Below are positions 29,318 through 39,274 of a stretch of 64,000 nt of DNA, piece by piece. Position 1 is the stretch's first letter; every line of letters starts with the position of its first letter. Made by a program: the position numbers and the translations under genes. Origin of the DNA: Minisyncoccota bacterium (GTDB lineage: Bacteria; Patescibacteriota; Minisyncoccia; UBA6257; 2-01-FULL-56-20); contig JBAYLC010000004.1 in assembly GCA_041664245.1 (NCBI GenBank), forward strand, positions 16,932-80,931. Direction: 5' to 3'. The notes beneath the pieces were generated by a model that saw only the letters and a program-made list of their open reading frames with translations, searched no databases and was not told the origin of the DNA.

Positions 29318-30070
29318 TTACTTGCTTCCACTACTTCTTCTCATTCGATAAAAACTAGCCGGTCCTCCGCTTCCAACCCGCTCAACCGATCCCTTGTCGA
29401 TAAGTTTCTGAAGATCATACCTAAGAGTCCTCTCGCTTGATTCTGGTATAATCTCTTGAATATCCTTTAATCGGCAATACCCGCTTTGCCGAATTTTGCC
29501 CAATATTGCCGATTGCCGCATTTCTCCCCCTATCACCGATAGAGAAGAGTCATCGATGTCATTCTTTTTTGCCGGCAAAAGGCTATCAATATCAAATCTA
29601 ACTCCTTGGGAAAGCTTGATAGCGTCCCCTTTGATATTATGCTCGTCATTAACAACAACTCTACTTGGGAAAAAATCATTAGTACTTTCAGCGCTTTTTT
29701 GTTCAGAAACAGCCATCTCCAATTTTTCTTTTGAAAAAATTCCCCCTAAATCAATCACGTCATTTCTTTTCGCGTCATTAATATGCTCCTCGATTAATTT
29801 GGTAAGTCTATCTATTTCTCCATTTAAAATCTGAAAATTTTGGTCGCTTATGAGGCCCATTTCCAGGCCAATTTTTAATTTATGGCCAACACTACCCAAT
29901 ATTTTGACCACTTCCCCACAATCAAAAAAATGAGCTTTTTCTATTAGTTCTAATGAGTCTTTTTGAAGATGTCGGGAAAAATCAAAACTAGCACAACTCG
30001 CCGCCAACCGACCCAAAGCGTAACTAATCTCAAAACATTTTTTTACCAAGAAAGCTTGAAAATTATCCAC
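29318..30070 (-). CDS. Four-helix-bundle domain fused to a C-terminal DeoR-like winged-helix HTH (putative regulator)
   Basis: N-terminus FEISYALGRLAASCASFDFSRHLQKDSLELIEKAHFFDCGEVVKIL resembles the four-helix-bundle family found in 23S rRNA intervening sequences. C-terminus CRLKDIQEIIPESSERTLRYDLQKLIDKGSVERVGSGGPASFY is HTH-like. Confidence 0.4.
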   Translation of the reverse strand: MDNFQAFLVKKCFEISYALGRLAASCASFDFSRHLQKDSLELIEKAHFFDCGEVVKILGSVGHKLKIGLEMGLISDQNFQILNGEIDRLTKLIEEHINDAKRNDVIDLGGIFSKEKLEMAVSEQKSAESTNDFFPSRVVVNDEHNIKGDAIKLSQGVRFDIDSLLPAKKNDIDDSSLSVIGGEMRQSAILGKIRQSGYCRLKDIQEIIPESSERTLRYDLQKLIDKGSVERVGSGGPASFYRMRRSSGSK

Positions 30071-30123
30071 AACAAAAGAGTATAGTCAGCGCTGTTAAAT
30101 AAAGTCAACTCACCGGCAATCCC

Positions 30124-30912
30124 CTATTCTTGAACAAGCTTATTTCCCAAAAACGTTTCCGCTTTTTTTACTCCATCTAAATTTCCGCAATCAAACCTAT
30201 TTCCTTCAAATTCTATCCCGCAAACCTCCCCTCCTTGGTCCATATGCTTAGTAAATCCGATGTTAATAAACAAACAATCCTTTCCCTTCTCCGTCATCTT
30301 TCTCTCTTCTTCTTTTAGATAATCAATAATTTCTGCTGTAAGTAAATATCCGCCAATTACCGTAAAATCAGAAGGTGCCTCCTCTGCTTTTGGGTGTTCA
30401 ACAAGTCCCCGCACCCTATAAACCCTTCCTTCTTTTTGTTCTAACTGGACAACCCCATAATTCGAGATTAATTCATGTGGCATTTTTTCCAAACTGAAAA
30501 ACGGCGTTTGATATTTACGAAACAAATCACTAAAAGTTTTCAAAAGTGATGGTTGGCTAAGTAAAAGATCGTCTGGATAACGAACAATAAAAGGATCCGG
30601 ATAAACTACGTCATAAGCCTTAAACACCGCATCCCCGCTTCCAAAAGGTCCATCCTGAAATCGTAAATGGAACCTCAATTTCTTGAAGTCGTCTTTTATT
30701 TTTTTTAAATAATTCCCAATCGTCTCTTCTTGCGATTTACAAATAACCACCACTACCTCCTCAATTTCGGTGTCCAGTGTTTCTTCGAGCGCGTAGTAAA
30801 GCAATTCTTTTCCGGCCACCTTAATTAAGGCCTTTGGCGTATTAAGAGTGAGCGGCATGAGCCGCTCCCCTCTTCCCGCTACCGGCAAGACTAACTTCGT
30901 AATCTTGACCAT
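30124..30912 (-). CDS. Sugar-1-phosphate nucleotidyltransferase (UTP--glucose-1-phosphate uridylyltransferase-like)
   Basis: N-terminal LPVAGRGERLMPLTLNTPKALIKVAGKELLYYALEE nucleotidyltransferase signature. Confidence 0.7.
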   Translation of the reverse strand: MVKITKLVLPVAGRGERLMPLTLNTPKALIKVAGKELLYYALEETLDTEIEEVVVVICKSQEETIGNYLKKIKDDFKKLRFHLRFQDGPFGSGDAVFKAYDVVYPDPFIVRYPDDLLLSQPSLLKTFSDLFRKYQTPFFSLEKMPHELISNYGVVQLEQKEGRVYRVRGLVEHPKAEEAPSDFTVIGGYLLTAEIIDYLKEEERKMTEKGKDCLFINIGFTKHMDQGGEVCGIEFEGNRFDCGNLDGVKKAETFLGNKLVQE

Positions 30913-30960
30913 AAAAAATATTACTTAAATATAGAATAAAAAAAGCGAATAAGCCAGCTA

Positions 30961-31698
30961 CTACAAGCCCCAACTCGCCGCCGAAAAAATAAAAACAAAA
31001 AATGTTGCTGCGATTGAGAGTTCAATTAAAATTTTATTTCTAGAAATTGTTTCGTTATAAAAATCACTCATCATCTCCAAAAAAATAACGAAAATAAAAA
31101 ATAGTGAAAGTAATTTATAAATACTAGCCACCGGTAGGATCATTAAAGTTACTATCACCTGCCAAAGTAAAAATCCTGCCAGCCCAAAAACCATAAAATT
31201 CCTTCTCCTTCCTTCTTCCGTCACTACATTAATATGAAGCGGCGCTCTCCCTTCCGTTACAGCTACCCGAAGCGCCGTTAAACAAAAAACCACCAAAACC
31301 ACTGACCAAAAAATAAATCGGAATGACAGCCAATTATTAAAACCAAAAAACAGGACTAGCGCTCCCAAAAAGACCAACAGAAAACTAAGTAATTGAAAAT
31401 TAGTTTTTCGATCAATTAAAACTAAATCTTTAACGCCAAAAAGGAAGTACAGGGCCAAACCGAAAACCACCGCCATGAAGAAACTTCCTTGCCACAAAGA
31501 AAGGGAAGCGAAAAACATAATCGCCAAAAACGGTATTAAAAACCTCATCGGCCGAAAAGAAGGGAAAAAATAAACCGCCAGGCTTAAAATTAAAAAAATA
31601 GGGAAAGGTAGAAAAAACCAAACCAGCCCCAACGCCACCGCCTTAGCTATTAAATACCAATGCGTTCGCTTTAAAATTGACTTTAACTTTTCCTCCAT
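30961..31698 (-). CDS. Polytopic membrane protein, unknown function
   Basis: 245 aa with about 7 hydrophobic helices. The start may be further downstream, because the 5' end overlaps the clpB 3' end. Confidence 0.4.
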   Translation of the reverse strand: MEEKLKSILKRTHWYLIAKAVALGLVWFFLPFPIFLILSLAVYFFPSFRPMRFLIPFLAIMFFASLSLWQGSFFMAVVFGLALYFLFGVKDLVLIDRKTNFQLLSFLLVFLGALVLFFGFNNWLSFRFIFWSVVLVVFCLTALRVAVTEGRAPLHINVVTEEGRRRNFMVFGLAGFLLWQVIVTLMILPVASIYKLLSLFFIFVIFLEMMSDFYNETISRNKILIELSIAATFFVFIFSAASWGL

Positions 31699-34309
31699 CT
31701 TTTAACTCTCCCTTAATTATCCGATCGGCCAGCTTATCCAAGATAACCTTTTGAATCAAACGCTTTAGCGGCCGCGCTCCAAACTCCGGGCTGAATCCTT
31801 CCTTGGCTAAATATCGCCTCGCCGCTTCATCAACCGAAATCTTTATCTTGCTTTTTGAAAGCCGCTTCTCAATTAGCTTAAATTGAATATCCACTATTTT
31901 CTCGATATCTTCAAGTTTTAGCGATTCAAAAATTACAACTTCATCTATTCGATTTAAAAACTCCGGCCGAAAACCCTCTTTTAGAGCCCCCATCACCTTA
32001 TCCTTATAATCCGCATGGTCTGAATCGCCTTCTTCGCCGTCACCTGCCTTTTCCGCTCCAAAACCAAACCGCGCCGCCGAGCGGAGATACTGGCTGCCTA
32101 AATTAGAAGTCATTATAATAATTGAATTTCTGAAGTTAACAAACTTACCCTTACTATCCGTCAACCTTCCATCATCTAAAATTTGCAAGAGAAGATTAAA
32201 AACTTCCGGATGAGCTTTTTCGATCTCATCAAATAGAATTAAACTATAGGGCCTGTGTCGGAGCGCCTCAGTTAACTGTCCTCCCTCTTCATAACCCACA
32301 TAACCCGGCGGCGAGCCAATCAACCTGGCCGTCGCGTGCCGTTCCATATATTCCGACATGTCAAACCGAACCAGCGCTTTATCGTCGTTAAACATAAACT
32401 CTGCGAGCGCTCTGGCTAATTCTGTTTTTCCGACTCCGGTTGGACCCAAAAACATAAACGAACCTAGAGGCCGATTCTCGTCCGAAAGGCCGGCTCTCGC
32501 CCTTCTGAGCGCGTTTGAAACCGCTTTAATCGCCTCGGTCTGACCTACCACTCGCATTCCAAGAACCTCTTCTATTTTTGTTAATTTCTCGCCTTCTGAT
32601 TCAAGCATCCTCTGAAGTGGGATCCCCGTCCAACTCGAAACAATCGCCGCGATATCCTCTTTATCAACCATTTCTTTAAGAAACTTATCTTTACTTTTTA
32701 CTCCTTTCTTTTTTTGAGCTCCGCCGAAATGTTTTTTCTCAAAGCTTTCATACTCTTTTTGCGCTTGCGGCAATTCCCCGTAAATAATCTGCGCCACCCG
32801 CTCCAAGCTCCCACTTCGCTCCGCCACCTCCGCCTCTCTTTTTAGATTTTCAACTTTTTGCCGAAACTCATGCAAATTTTCAAAAACAATTTTTTCCGAA
32901 TGCCACTTCCCCGAGAGTTCATCATTAGTTAATTTTAGATTCTTTAATTCTTTCTCGATTTCTTTGATTCGAGAATTTTCTTCCGCCCCCTCTTTCATTA
33001 AGGCCTGTTTTTCAATTTCCAATTTTGTAATTTCGTGCCGGACCTTATCAATCTCTTTAGGCAAGCTCTCACTCTCCAGTCGCCGCGCCGCCATCGCTTC
33101 GTCAATCAAATCCACCGCTTTGTCCGGCAAAAATCGATCAGTAATATATCGAGCCGACAAATTTACCGCTTCCACAATCGCCTCGTCGCTGATTCTGATT
33201 CCATGATGAATTTCATATTTTTCTTTAAGCCCTCGCAAAATCGAGATACTGTCTTCAATTGACGGTTCATCAACCATAATTGGCTGGAACCGCCTCTCAA
33301 GCGCCGGATCTTTTTCAATATAATGTTGGTATTCCCTAATCGTTGTCGCCCCGACGGCATGAAGCTCGCCTCGCGCCAGTGCCGGCTTCAATAAATTCGA
33401 AGCGTCCACCGCTCCTTCGGCCGCTCCCGCTCCAACGATAGTGTGGATCTCATCAATAAATAGAATAATCCGTCCGCTTTCCTTTTTTACCTCCTTTATG
33501 AAGGCTTTAAGCCGATCCTCAAACTCTCCTCTAAATTTGGTTCCAGCAATAAGTGCTCCCAAATCGAGCATCACCACTTCCTTGTCCTTTAACGGCTCTG
33601 GAACATTGCCCGCCACAATTCTTTGGGCTAGACCCTCCACAATTGCCGTCTTTCCCACTCCCGGCTCGCCGATTAAAACCGGATTATTCTTTGTCCGCCT
33701 CGAAAGAACCTGGATCACTCTTCTTAATTCCTCTTCCCGGCCAATCACCGGATCCAATTCGCCCGCTCTCGCCCGCTCGGTAACATTAATCGCGTACTTC
33801 TCCAAAACTTGAAATTTATTTTCCGGAGTCTCGTCTGTCACCCGCACTGAACCCTTTAGTTGCGCCAGGATTCTCAACACTGATTCCCGCCGCAATCCGA
33901 ATTGTTTCAATATCTCCTGAGTAGAAGATGAAATTTCTAAAATCGCCAAAAGTAAATGCTCACAAGAAATAAATTCATCTTTTTGTTGTGCGGCAATCTT
34001 AGCGGCCTGGTCTAAAATCTGCATCAGCTCCTGCGAAAGATAAAGTTGGCTCACGCTTGAACCACTCACCAATTTCGGCAAGTGTTCCAACTCCGCCTCT
34101 ATCTGTTGATGAAGTTTTTCCAAATTGATTCCCGATCTAACCAAAACCGGCTGGACTAGCGATTGAGAATCCTCAAGAAGCGAGGAAAGCAAATGCAACG
34201 ATTTTAACTCGCCGTGGTTCATTCGCGCCGCTAACTCTTGCGCATTCTGCAATGATTCTTGAGCTTTAATTGTGAAACGATGAAAACTGGCCATTAATTT
34301 ATAAATCAA
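31643..34309 (-). CDS. clpB: ATP-dependent chaperone ClpB
   Basis: Two AAA+ modules (GEPGVGKT...; GPTGVGKTELARALA), coiled-coil middle domain, Clp N domain. The start is probably MASFHRF near 34294. Confidence 0.9.
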   Translation of the reverse strand: MIYKLMASFHRFTIKAQESLQNAQELAARMNHGELKSLHLLSSLLEDSQSLVQPVLVRSGINLEKLHQQIEAELEHLPKLVSGSSVSQLYLSQELMQILDQAAKIAAQQKDEFISCEHLLLAILEISSSTQEILKQFGLRRESVLRILAQLKGSVRVTDETPENKFQVLEKYAINVTERARAGELDPVIGREEELRRVIQVLSRRTKNNPVLIGEPGVGKTAIVEGLAQRIVAGNVPEPLKDKEVVMLDLGALIAGTKFRGEFEDRLKAFIKEVKKESGRIILFIDEIHTIVGAGAAEGAVDASNLLKPALARGELHAVGATTIREYQHYIEKDPALERRFQPIMVDEPSIEDSISILRGLKEKYEIHHGIRISDEAIVEAVNLSARYITDRFLPDKAVDLIDEAMAARRLESESLPKEIDKVRHEITKLEIEKQALMKEGAEENSRIKEIEKELKNLKLTNDELSGKWHSEKIVFENLHEFRQKVENLKREAEVAERSGSLERVAQIIYGELPQAQKEYESFEKKHFGGAQKKKGVKSKDKFLKEMVDKEDIAAIVSSWTGIPLQRMLESEGEKLTKIEEVLGMRVVGQTEAIKAVSNALRRARAGLSDENRPLGSFMFLGPTGVGKTELARALAEFMFNDDKALVRFDMSEYMERHATARLIGSPPGYVGYEEGGQLTEALRHRPYSLILFDEIEKAHPEVFNLLLQILDDGRLTDSKGKFVNFRNSIIIMTSNLGSQYLRSAARFGFGAEKAGDGEEGDSDHADYKDKVMGALKEGFRPEFLNRIDEVVIFESLKLEDIEKIVDIQFKLIEKRLSKSKIKISVDEAARRYLAKEGFSPEFGARPLKRLIQKVILDKLADRIIKGELKDGGKVKVNFKANALVFNS

Positions 34310-34376
34310 GTCCGAAAATCCTCGCGGCTATCCGCGATTAAATTCAAATCTGACTGTTATTTTCCTGATTATATCA

Positions 34377-35663
34377 CTATTCCGGTCTCTTGCCAAGAGT
34401 AACGCTAAGTGTTATTTCTTTCCCTCCCCGGTTTATTTTTAAAGTAACTCGGTCGCCAACATTGAACTCCGAAATTAAATCACTAAAAACATGGTCTTTA
34501 TCTATCTTTTTTCCGTTCGCCTCCAAAATAATATCTTCCGCCTGAATTCCCGCCTTAGCTCCCGGTGAGTTTAGCTCCACCGCTGGTCCGTCTTCGTTGC
34601 CTCTAACCAACGCTCCGTAATCAACCGGCAATTTATTTTTAGTCGCTAAATCTGTTGTTACTGTCATATATCTCACTCCCACATACGGCGCTTGAATCGT
34701 CCCGCCTGATTTTACCGATTGAATGTCTCTCTTGGCTCTATTAATAGGAATCGCAAAGCCGATGTTTTGGGCGTCTGAAGCAATCGCCGTATTTATTCCA
34801 ACTACCTCACCTCGCAAATTCAAGAGCGGTCCGCCGGAATTTCCCGGATTGATTGCCGCATCGGTTTGAATCACTCCGGAAATTGTCTCTGTCGTTCCCC
34901 CCCCCGAAGCCGTCACCGTTCGTGCTAAACCGGAAATTACCCCAGAAGAAACCGTATTTCTAAATTCGCCAAGCGCGTTTCCAATTGCAATCGCCGTCTG
35001 GCCAAGCTGCAAACTATCCGAATCACCGATAGTCACAGTTGGCAGTCCGCTCGCGTTAATCTTTACCACCGCCAAATCTTGCGCCGGATCTCGAGCTAAC
35101 ACCGTCGCGTCATATTTTTTCCCGTCATTGGTAAAAACTGTGTATGAAGCCTTTGTGTCTGCCACTACATGCTTATTGGTTAAAATCAAGCCGTTTGAAG
35201 AAATAATAAACCCGCTCCCACCTCCTACCTCCTGAAATTTGGTTCCTTTCTGGCAGGGCTGGGAAAATTGCGGAAAATCATTGCCAAAAAACTGCTGGAA
35301 CTCCGGTGGCAATCCTCCAAACGGATCCACCGGACAATTTTCAATAATCGGCACATTTTTCGAAACCGTAATCGCCACGACCGCCGGTGACGTCTTTTTA
35401 ACCGCTGCCACCACCGCTTGTTCATAATCAAGCGCCGGTTTATAAAGCGGAACCTGCACCCCCGAATTAGATGAATTATCGCCATTAGTAGTCTGTTCTG
35501 TCTGATTGCCTCCAGAAAAAGGTTTTGTCACGCTATTCCATAAATTCGAAAAGAAGTCGGCTCGCGCCATCGGCGCCCCGACGGTTGAGCCAATTAAATA
35601 ACTAATCAAAAGGAGCGCCACCACCACTCCTAACGCTTTTAAATTTGGTGAAATTTTATTCAT
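34377..35663 (-). CDS. htrA: HtrA/DegP-family serine protease with PDZ domain
   Basis: Signal/anchor, catalytic triad context (TNKHVV...; DLAVVKI; GNSGGPLLN) and a C-terminal PDZ domain. Confidence 0.85.
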   Translation of the reverse strand: MNKISPNLKALGVVVALLLISYLIGSTVGAPMARADFFSNLWNSVTKPFSGGNQTEQTTNGDNSSNSGVQVPLYKPALDYEQAVVAAVKKTSPAVVAITVSKNVPIIENCPVDPFGGLPPEFQQFFGNDFPQFSQPCQKGTKFQEVGGGSGFIISSNGLILTNKHVVADTKASYTVFTNDGKKYDATVLARDPAQDLAVVKINASGLPTVTIGDSDSLQLGQTAIAIGNALGEFRNTVSSGVISGLARTVTASGGGTTETISGVIQTDAAINPGNSGGPLLNLRGEVVGINTAIASDAQNIGFAIPINRAKRDIQSVKSGGTIQAPYVGVRYMTVTTDLATKNKLPVDYGALVRGNEDGPAVELNSPGAKAGIQAEDIILEANGKKIDKDHVFSDLISEFNVGDRVTLKINRGGKEITLSVTLGKRPE

Positions 35664-35713
35664 ACTTATATTTCATTCGAACGTTTCGAACAACTCGAAC
35701 TTCGAACAATTGT

Positions 35714-37039
35714 TTATTTTTTCAGCCGACTAATTAAATTTTTAAAAATCTTTATGGTTGTGTCAATCTCTTTTTTTGTGGTTGGCCACCCCAGGCTAAA
35801 TCTTATGCTCCTTCGCGCCCTCTCCTCACTATAACCCAACGCTGTAATCACATGAGAAACTTTTGCCGCCCTACTAGAACATGCCGAACCCGAAGAAACC
35901 GCCACTCCCGCCAAATCAAATCCAATCATTACCTCTTCCGCCTTATAATCCGGAAAATAAACATTCAATATATTCGGCAACTGACCGAAATTTTTTATCT
36001 TCGTGTCATTCGCGTTTTTTCGTGTCATTCGTGTCGGAACACCATTAATTTCCGCCTTCGAATAGATCTTCTTAATCCCACTCCATAAACGTTTTTTCAA
36101 TTCTAAAATCCGCCTCACTTCTTTCTCTCTATTTTTTTCCACCAACTCTACCACCTTTCCAAAACCAACAATATTCGGCACATTCTCCGTCCCCGATCTA
36201 AGTCCGAATTCCTGCCCTCCCCCGCTTACAATCGCCGAAATGAAAGGGTTCCCTAAATTATTATTTTTTATATAGAGCGCTCCGACTCCCTTCGGCCCAT
36301 AGATCTTATGCGCCGAGATAGTCATCAGATCCACTCCTAAATTATTTACGTTACAGTCTAAAAATTGTAACGCTTGAACGGCATCGGTATGAAAAAACGG
36401 GAATAATGAATTATGAATCTGGAATTTAGAATTTCCCACTGATTCTTTATTCCTAATTCCCAATTCTTCGCGGAAATCTCCGATGATTCTTGATATTTCC
36501 ACAATCGGCTGAATCGTCCCAATCTCGTTATTCGCATACATTATAGAAACAAAAACCGTTCGCTCATTTAGAATCTCTTTCAACTTCTTTAAATCCACAA
36601 TTCCGTTTTTATTAACTGGAATAATAATCACTTCTACCCCTTTTTTTTCGAGCGCTCGCACCGTCTCTAGAACTGATTCATGCTCAACCGCCGAGATTAT
36701 CAATCGCGGCTTCCAATCACCTGACACATGATACTTGATACCTGATACTAAACCTCGCAACACAAGATTGTTCGCCTCCGTCGCCGATCCCGTAAAAACA
36801 ACCTCCCGGAACTCGGCGCCAATCGCCTTGGCGATTATCTCTCGGCTCAAATCAACCGCCCCAATCGCTTCTTGTCCGAAACTATGAAGCGAACCCGGAT
36901 TCCCAAACTTCGCGCCAAAATACGGCCTCATTGCTTGAAACACTTTTTCGTCCACCGGCGTCGTCGCCGCATAATCTAGAAAAATCCTTCTTACGTTAGA
37001 ACCAATCTCCTTCATAAAAGCGGTGTTATATAGAGACAC
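35714..37039 (-). CDS. Cysteine desulfurase (class V aminotransferase, IscS/NifS-like)
   Basis: PLP-Lys motif ISAHKIYGPKGVGALY and catalytic Cys loop SSGSACSS. Contains a short low-complexity insertion encoded by a 19-nt-spaced direct repeat at 36001..36031. Confidence 0.85.
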   Translation of the reverse strand: MSLYNTAFMKEIGSNVRRIFLDYAATTPVDEKVFQAMRPYFGAKFGNPGSLHSFGQEAIGAVDLSREIIAKAIGAEFREVVFTGSATEANNLVLRGLVSGIKYHVSGDWKPRLIISAVEHESVLETVRALEKKGVEVIIIPVNKNGIVDLKKLKEILNERTVFVSIMYANNEIGTIQPIVEISRIIGDFREELGIRNKESVGNSKFQIHNSLFPFFHTDAVQALQFLDCNVNNLGVDLMTISAHKIYGPKGVGALYIKNNNLGNPFISAIVSGGGQEFGLRSGTENVPNIVGFGKVVELVEKNREKEVRRILELKKRLWSGIKKIYSKAEINGVPTRMTRKNANDTKIKNFGQLPNILNVYFPDYKAEEVMIGFDLAGVAVSSGSACSSRAAKVSHVITALGYSEERARRSIRFSLGWPTTKKEIDTTIKIFKNLISRLKK

Positions 37040-38063
37040 AATAGTGCTTCAAGTTATCAGAACAATCAAGCCCCATAAAATCTGGTTTATTTATACTGCT
37101 CTCCCTTTGGAAATTTAAAGTAGCCCTTAAAACGTAATGTTTACCATCTTCACCCAGAACATAATCAAAATTACGCTCCGGAAAATAAGCTATGCCAATA
37201 TCGCTGCCCTTTAAAATTATCCCCAATTCACTCGCATTAATTGATTGGCCATCAAAACCCAAGCACGTTCCCGTTGTTTCTTTAAAACCGGGATAGTACT
37301 CACATTTTGAAAAATAAAGTTCCAAGCCGTTTTGAATTTGTCTTAAATCAGAAACCGCTCGGGCGTCCTGACGCTTAAGTGGTTCGTCCTTATTTTGCTT
37401 AGCTAAAAAAGTTGCAAAAATAAAAAGAATGACAACAGCGCCGATAAAACAAAATATCTTAAACAATTTTCTATATCTATGCCCACCTATCCCCCCTATA
37501 TTGTCGTTTTCTTTTTTTGTTTTGAGAAAATCCAACAAACCTCGGTCGATAAAATAATAAATTACCAAAAATGCCAATATAATACTTGGAAAAATAAAAA
37601 AATCCGAAAACGCGAAAACAATCAAAAAAACGTAGGAAAGAATATTTATTTTCAAATCTATTCTTAATATCTCCGATATTTCTTTCTCTTTGTAAAAAAA
37701 CCATAAAATAACTCCTTCAATCAATACAGTCATTAGAAAAAGAATAAAAATTCCCTCGCTTTTCAAAAACCAAAGATTGGTGGAATAAATAATTATAGAC
37801 AACACCCCGATTAAACTCGACACAAAATTAATTAAAAAGGCAATCAGAAAACCCCGTCGATGATTTTCCTCAAATGACTTATTAATCAAGATTGCTTCAA
37901 TAATCCAAACTCCTAAAAATGCCAAAATTCCAAAAAATATTGGCAACCCCCAAAAAAATCCGACCATCATATCGGCTCTTGCAACAGACGGGAAAATCAA
38001 CCCAACAAAAATAACCGACACGATTCCAAGAAATCCAAAGTTTCTTTTGCTCATATTATCCAT
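37026..38063 (-). CDS. Polytopic membrane protein ending in a type IV pilin-like globular domain (no prepilin leader)
   Basis: About 6 TM helices, then a final hydrophobic helix running into DARAVSDLRQIQNGLELYFSKCEYYPG (pilin alpha1-C-like) and a C-terminal domain with two Cys pairs. Confidence 0.4.
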   Translation of the reverse strand: MDNMSKRNFGFLGIVSVIFVGLIFPSVARADMMVGFFWGLPIFFGILAFLGVWIIEAILINKSFEENHRRGFLIAFLINFVSSLIGVLSIIIYSTNLWFLKSEGIFILFLMTVLIEGVILWFFYKEKEISEILRIDLKINILSYVFLIVFAFSDFFIFPSIILAFLVIYYFIDRGLLDFLKTKKENDNIGGIGGHRYRKLFKIFCFIGAVVILFIFATFLAKQNKDEPLKRQDARAVSDLRQIQNGLELYFSKCEYYPGFKETTGTCLGFDGQSINASELGIILKGSDIGIAYFPERNFDYVLGEDGKHYVLRATLNFQRESSINKPDFMGLDCSDNLKHYCVSI

Positions 38064-38069
38064 TATACC

Positions 38070-38654
38070 CTAAAACAACTTCGCCTGATTATCCGCCGGC
38101 CGCAAAGCCACCCTTTGAATCTCCCCCGTTTGTCGGTCCGGAATCAAAAACGCCCCGTTTTTTAAATATAAATCATAAAGCTCTTTCGTCAGCCGAACAT
38201 CCTCTAGGCAATACTTTTTTAACTCTTCCATCTCTCCATTTTTATAAAGCTCAATTGCCTCTGCTCCCGATCTAGTTTTTGCCGTCCCCAAGTTCGCTTC
38301 CGCCAGTCGGCTTAAACTTATTCTTCTCCCAGTCGCCATCTCAATTTCATCTAATAAATCAACTCGGTCTTTTTGCCACAAATCAATATCCCTAGTCTCC
38401 GCTAAAGCTAAAAAATGATTTTGCAAAACCGGCACGTCGTATCGATTCGAACTAAAGCCGACTATCCGCCTAGCATTCCTAAAAATATCGCCCATTTGCT
38501 TCAACTCATTTTCGTCAAAACAAAAATACCTGTCTTGTATATAGGAATAAACTCCCACCACCGAAATCTGTAGCGCCTCAAAATTATTCCACCCCACCCC
38601 CGGGTCGGTAAAAAAATTCTTCGTTTCAATATCGAATACTAAAGTATCATTCAT
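38070..38654 (-). CDS. DEDDy-type 3'-5' exonuclease (RNase D / Pol I exonuclease-like fold)
   Basis: Exo I FDIETKNF, Exo II FSSNRYDVPVL, Exo III YCLEDVRLTKELY (Y-x3-D). Confidence 0.55.
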   Translation of the reverse strand: MNDTLVFDIETKNFFTDPGVGWNNFEALQISVVGVYSYIQDRYFCFDENELKQMGDIFRNARRIVGFSSNRYDVPVLQNHFLALAETRDIDLWQKDRVDLLDEIEMATGRRISLSRLAEANLGTAKTRSGAEAIELYKNGEMEELKKYCLEDVRLTKELYDLYLKNGAFLIPDRQTGEIQRVALRPADNQAKLF

Positions 38655-38677
38655 AAGTAAAATTCAAAAGGCGAAAA

Positions 38678-39169
38678 TCAAACATGGCGATCCGCCACAT
38701 TCGACGCCGCATAGCTCATTGGCTTTGTTTTCGGCTCAAAATTGTAGGCCCTAATCATCCCCACCACTTCTTGCATCATCGCTTTGGTCGGCCCCTTCTC
38801 GCCAATATCGGCGTGAATTTCAAAATCAAAATCAACCGCTTTAAACTTTTGAAATTCTTCCAATAACTTTTGGGCTGCCTCTAATGAAATCATCACCTCT
38901 TTTATTATTCTATCCCGCAAGTTATAAAACTTCCCCAATTCTATTCGCCGCCAGAAATACCGCCCGCCGTTTCCTACTCGGTGGACTACAATTGCCGTCA
39001 CAAAATCCGCCTGCTTGTTACTAAGTAAAAGCGAATCGGTCCCGATTGTAATTTTATAGCGTCGTTTCTGGTCAGCCTCCATAAATCGGATAATTTCTAG
39101 AACCACCTGATTTACAGAAAACCTTAGACCCAACGAGCTATTAAATAATAGTTCCTTCATTTCTTTCAT
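38678..39169 (-). CDS. YkuK/DUF458-like RNase H-fold protein (tentative)
   Basis: ITIGTDSLLLSNKQADFVTAIVVHRV resembles the IGTDS core of the YkuK family. Weak, memory-based assignment. Confidence 0.35.
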   Translation of the reverse strand: MKEMKELLFNSSLGLRFSVNQVVLEIIRFMEADQKRRYKITIGTDSLLLSNKQADFVTAIVVHRVGNGGRYFWRRIELGKFYNLRDRIIKEVMISLEAAQKLLEEFQKFKAVDFDFEIHADIGEKGPTKAMMQEVVGMIRAYNFEPKTKPMSYAASNVADRHV

Positions 39170-39274
39170 TTTACATACTATATAACCTACCTTCTGATGT
39201 AAATAAAAGGAGCCCGCGTGTGAAGAATCGAGGACTCCCTAAAAGAAAACCAGTTACTCATCCCTAAGGATCTC

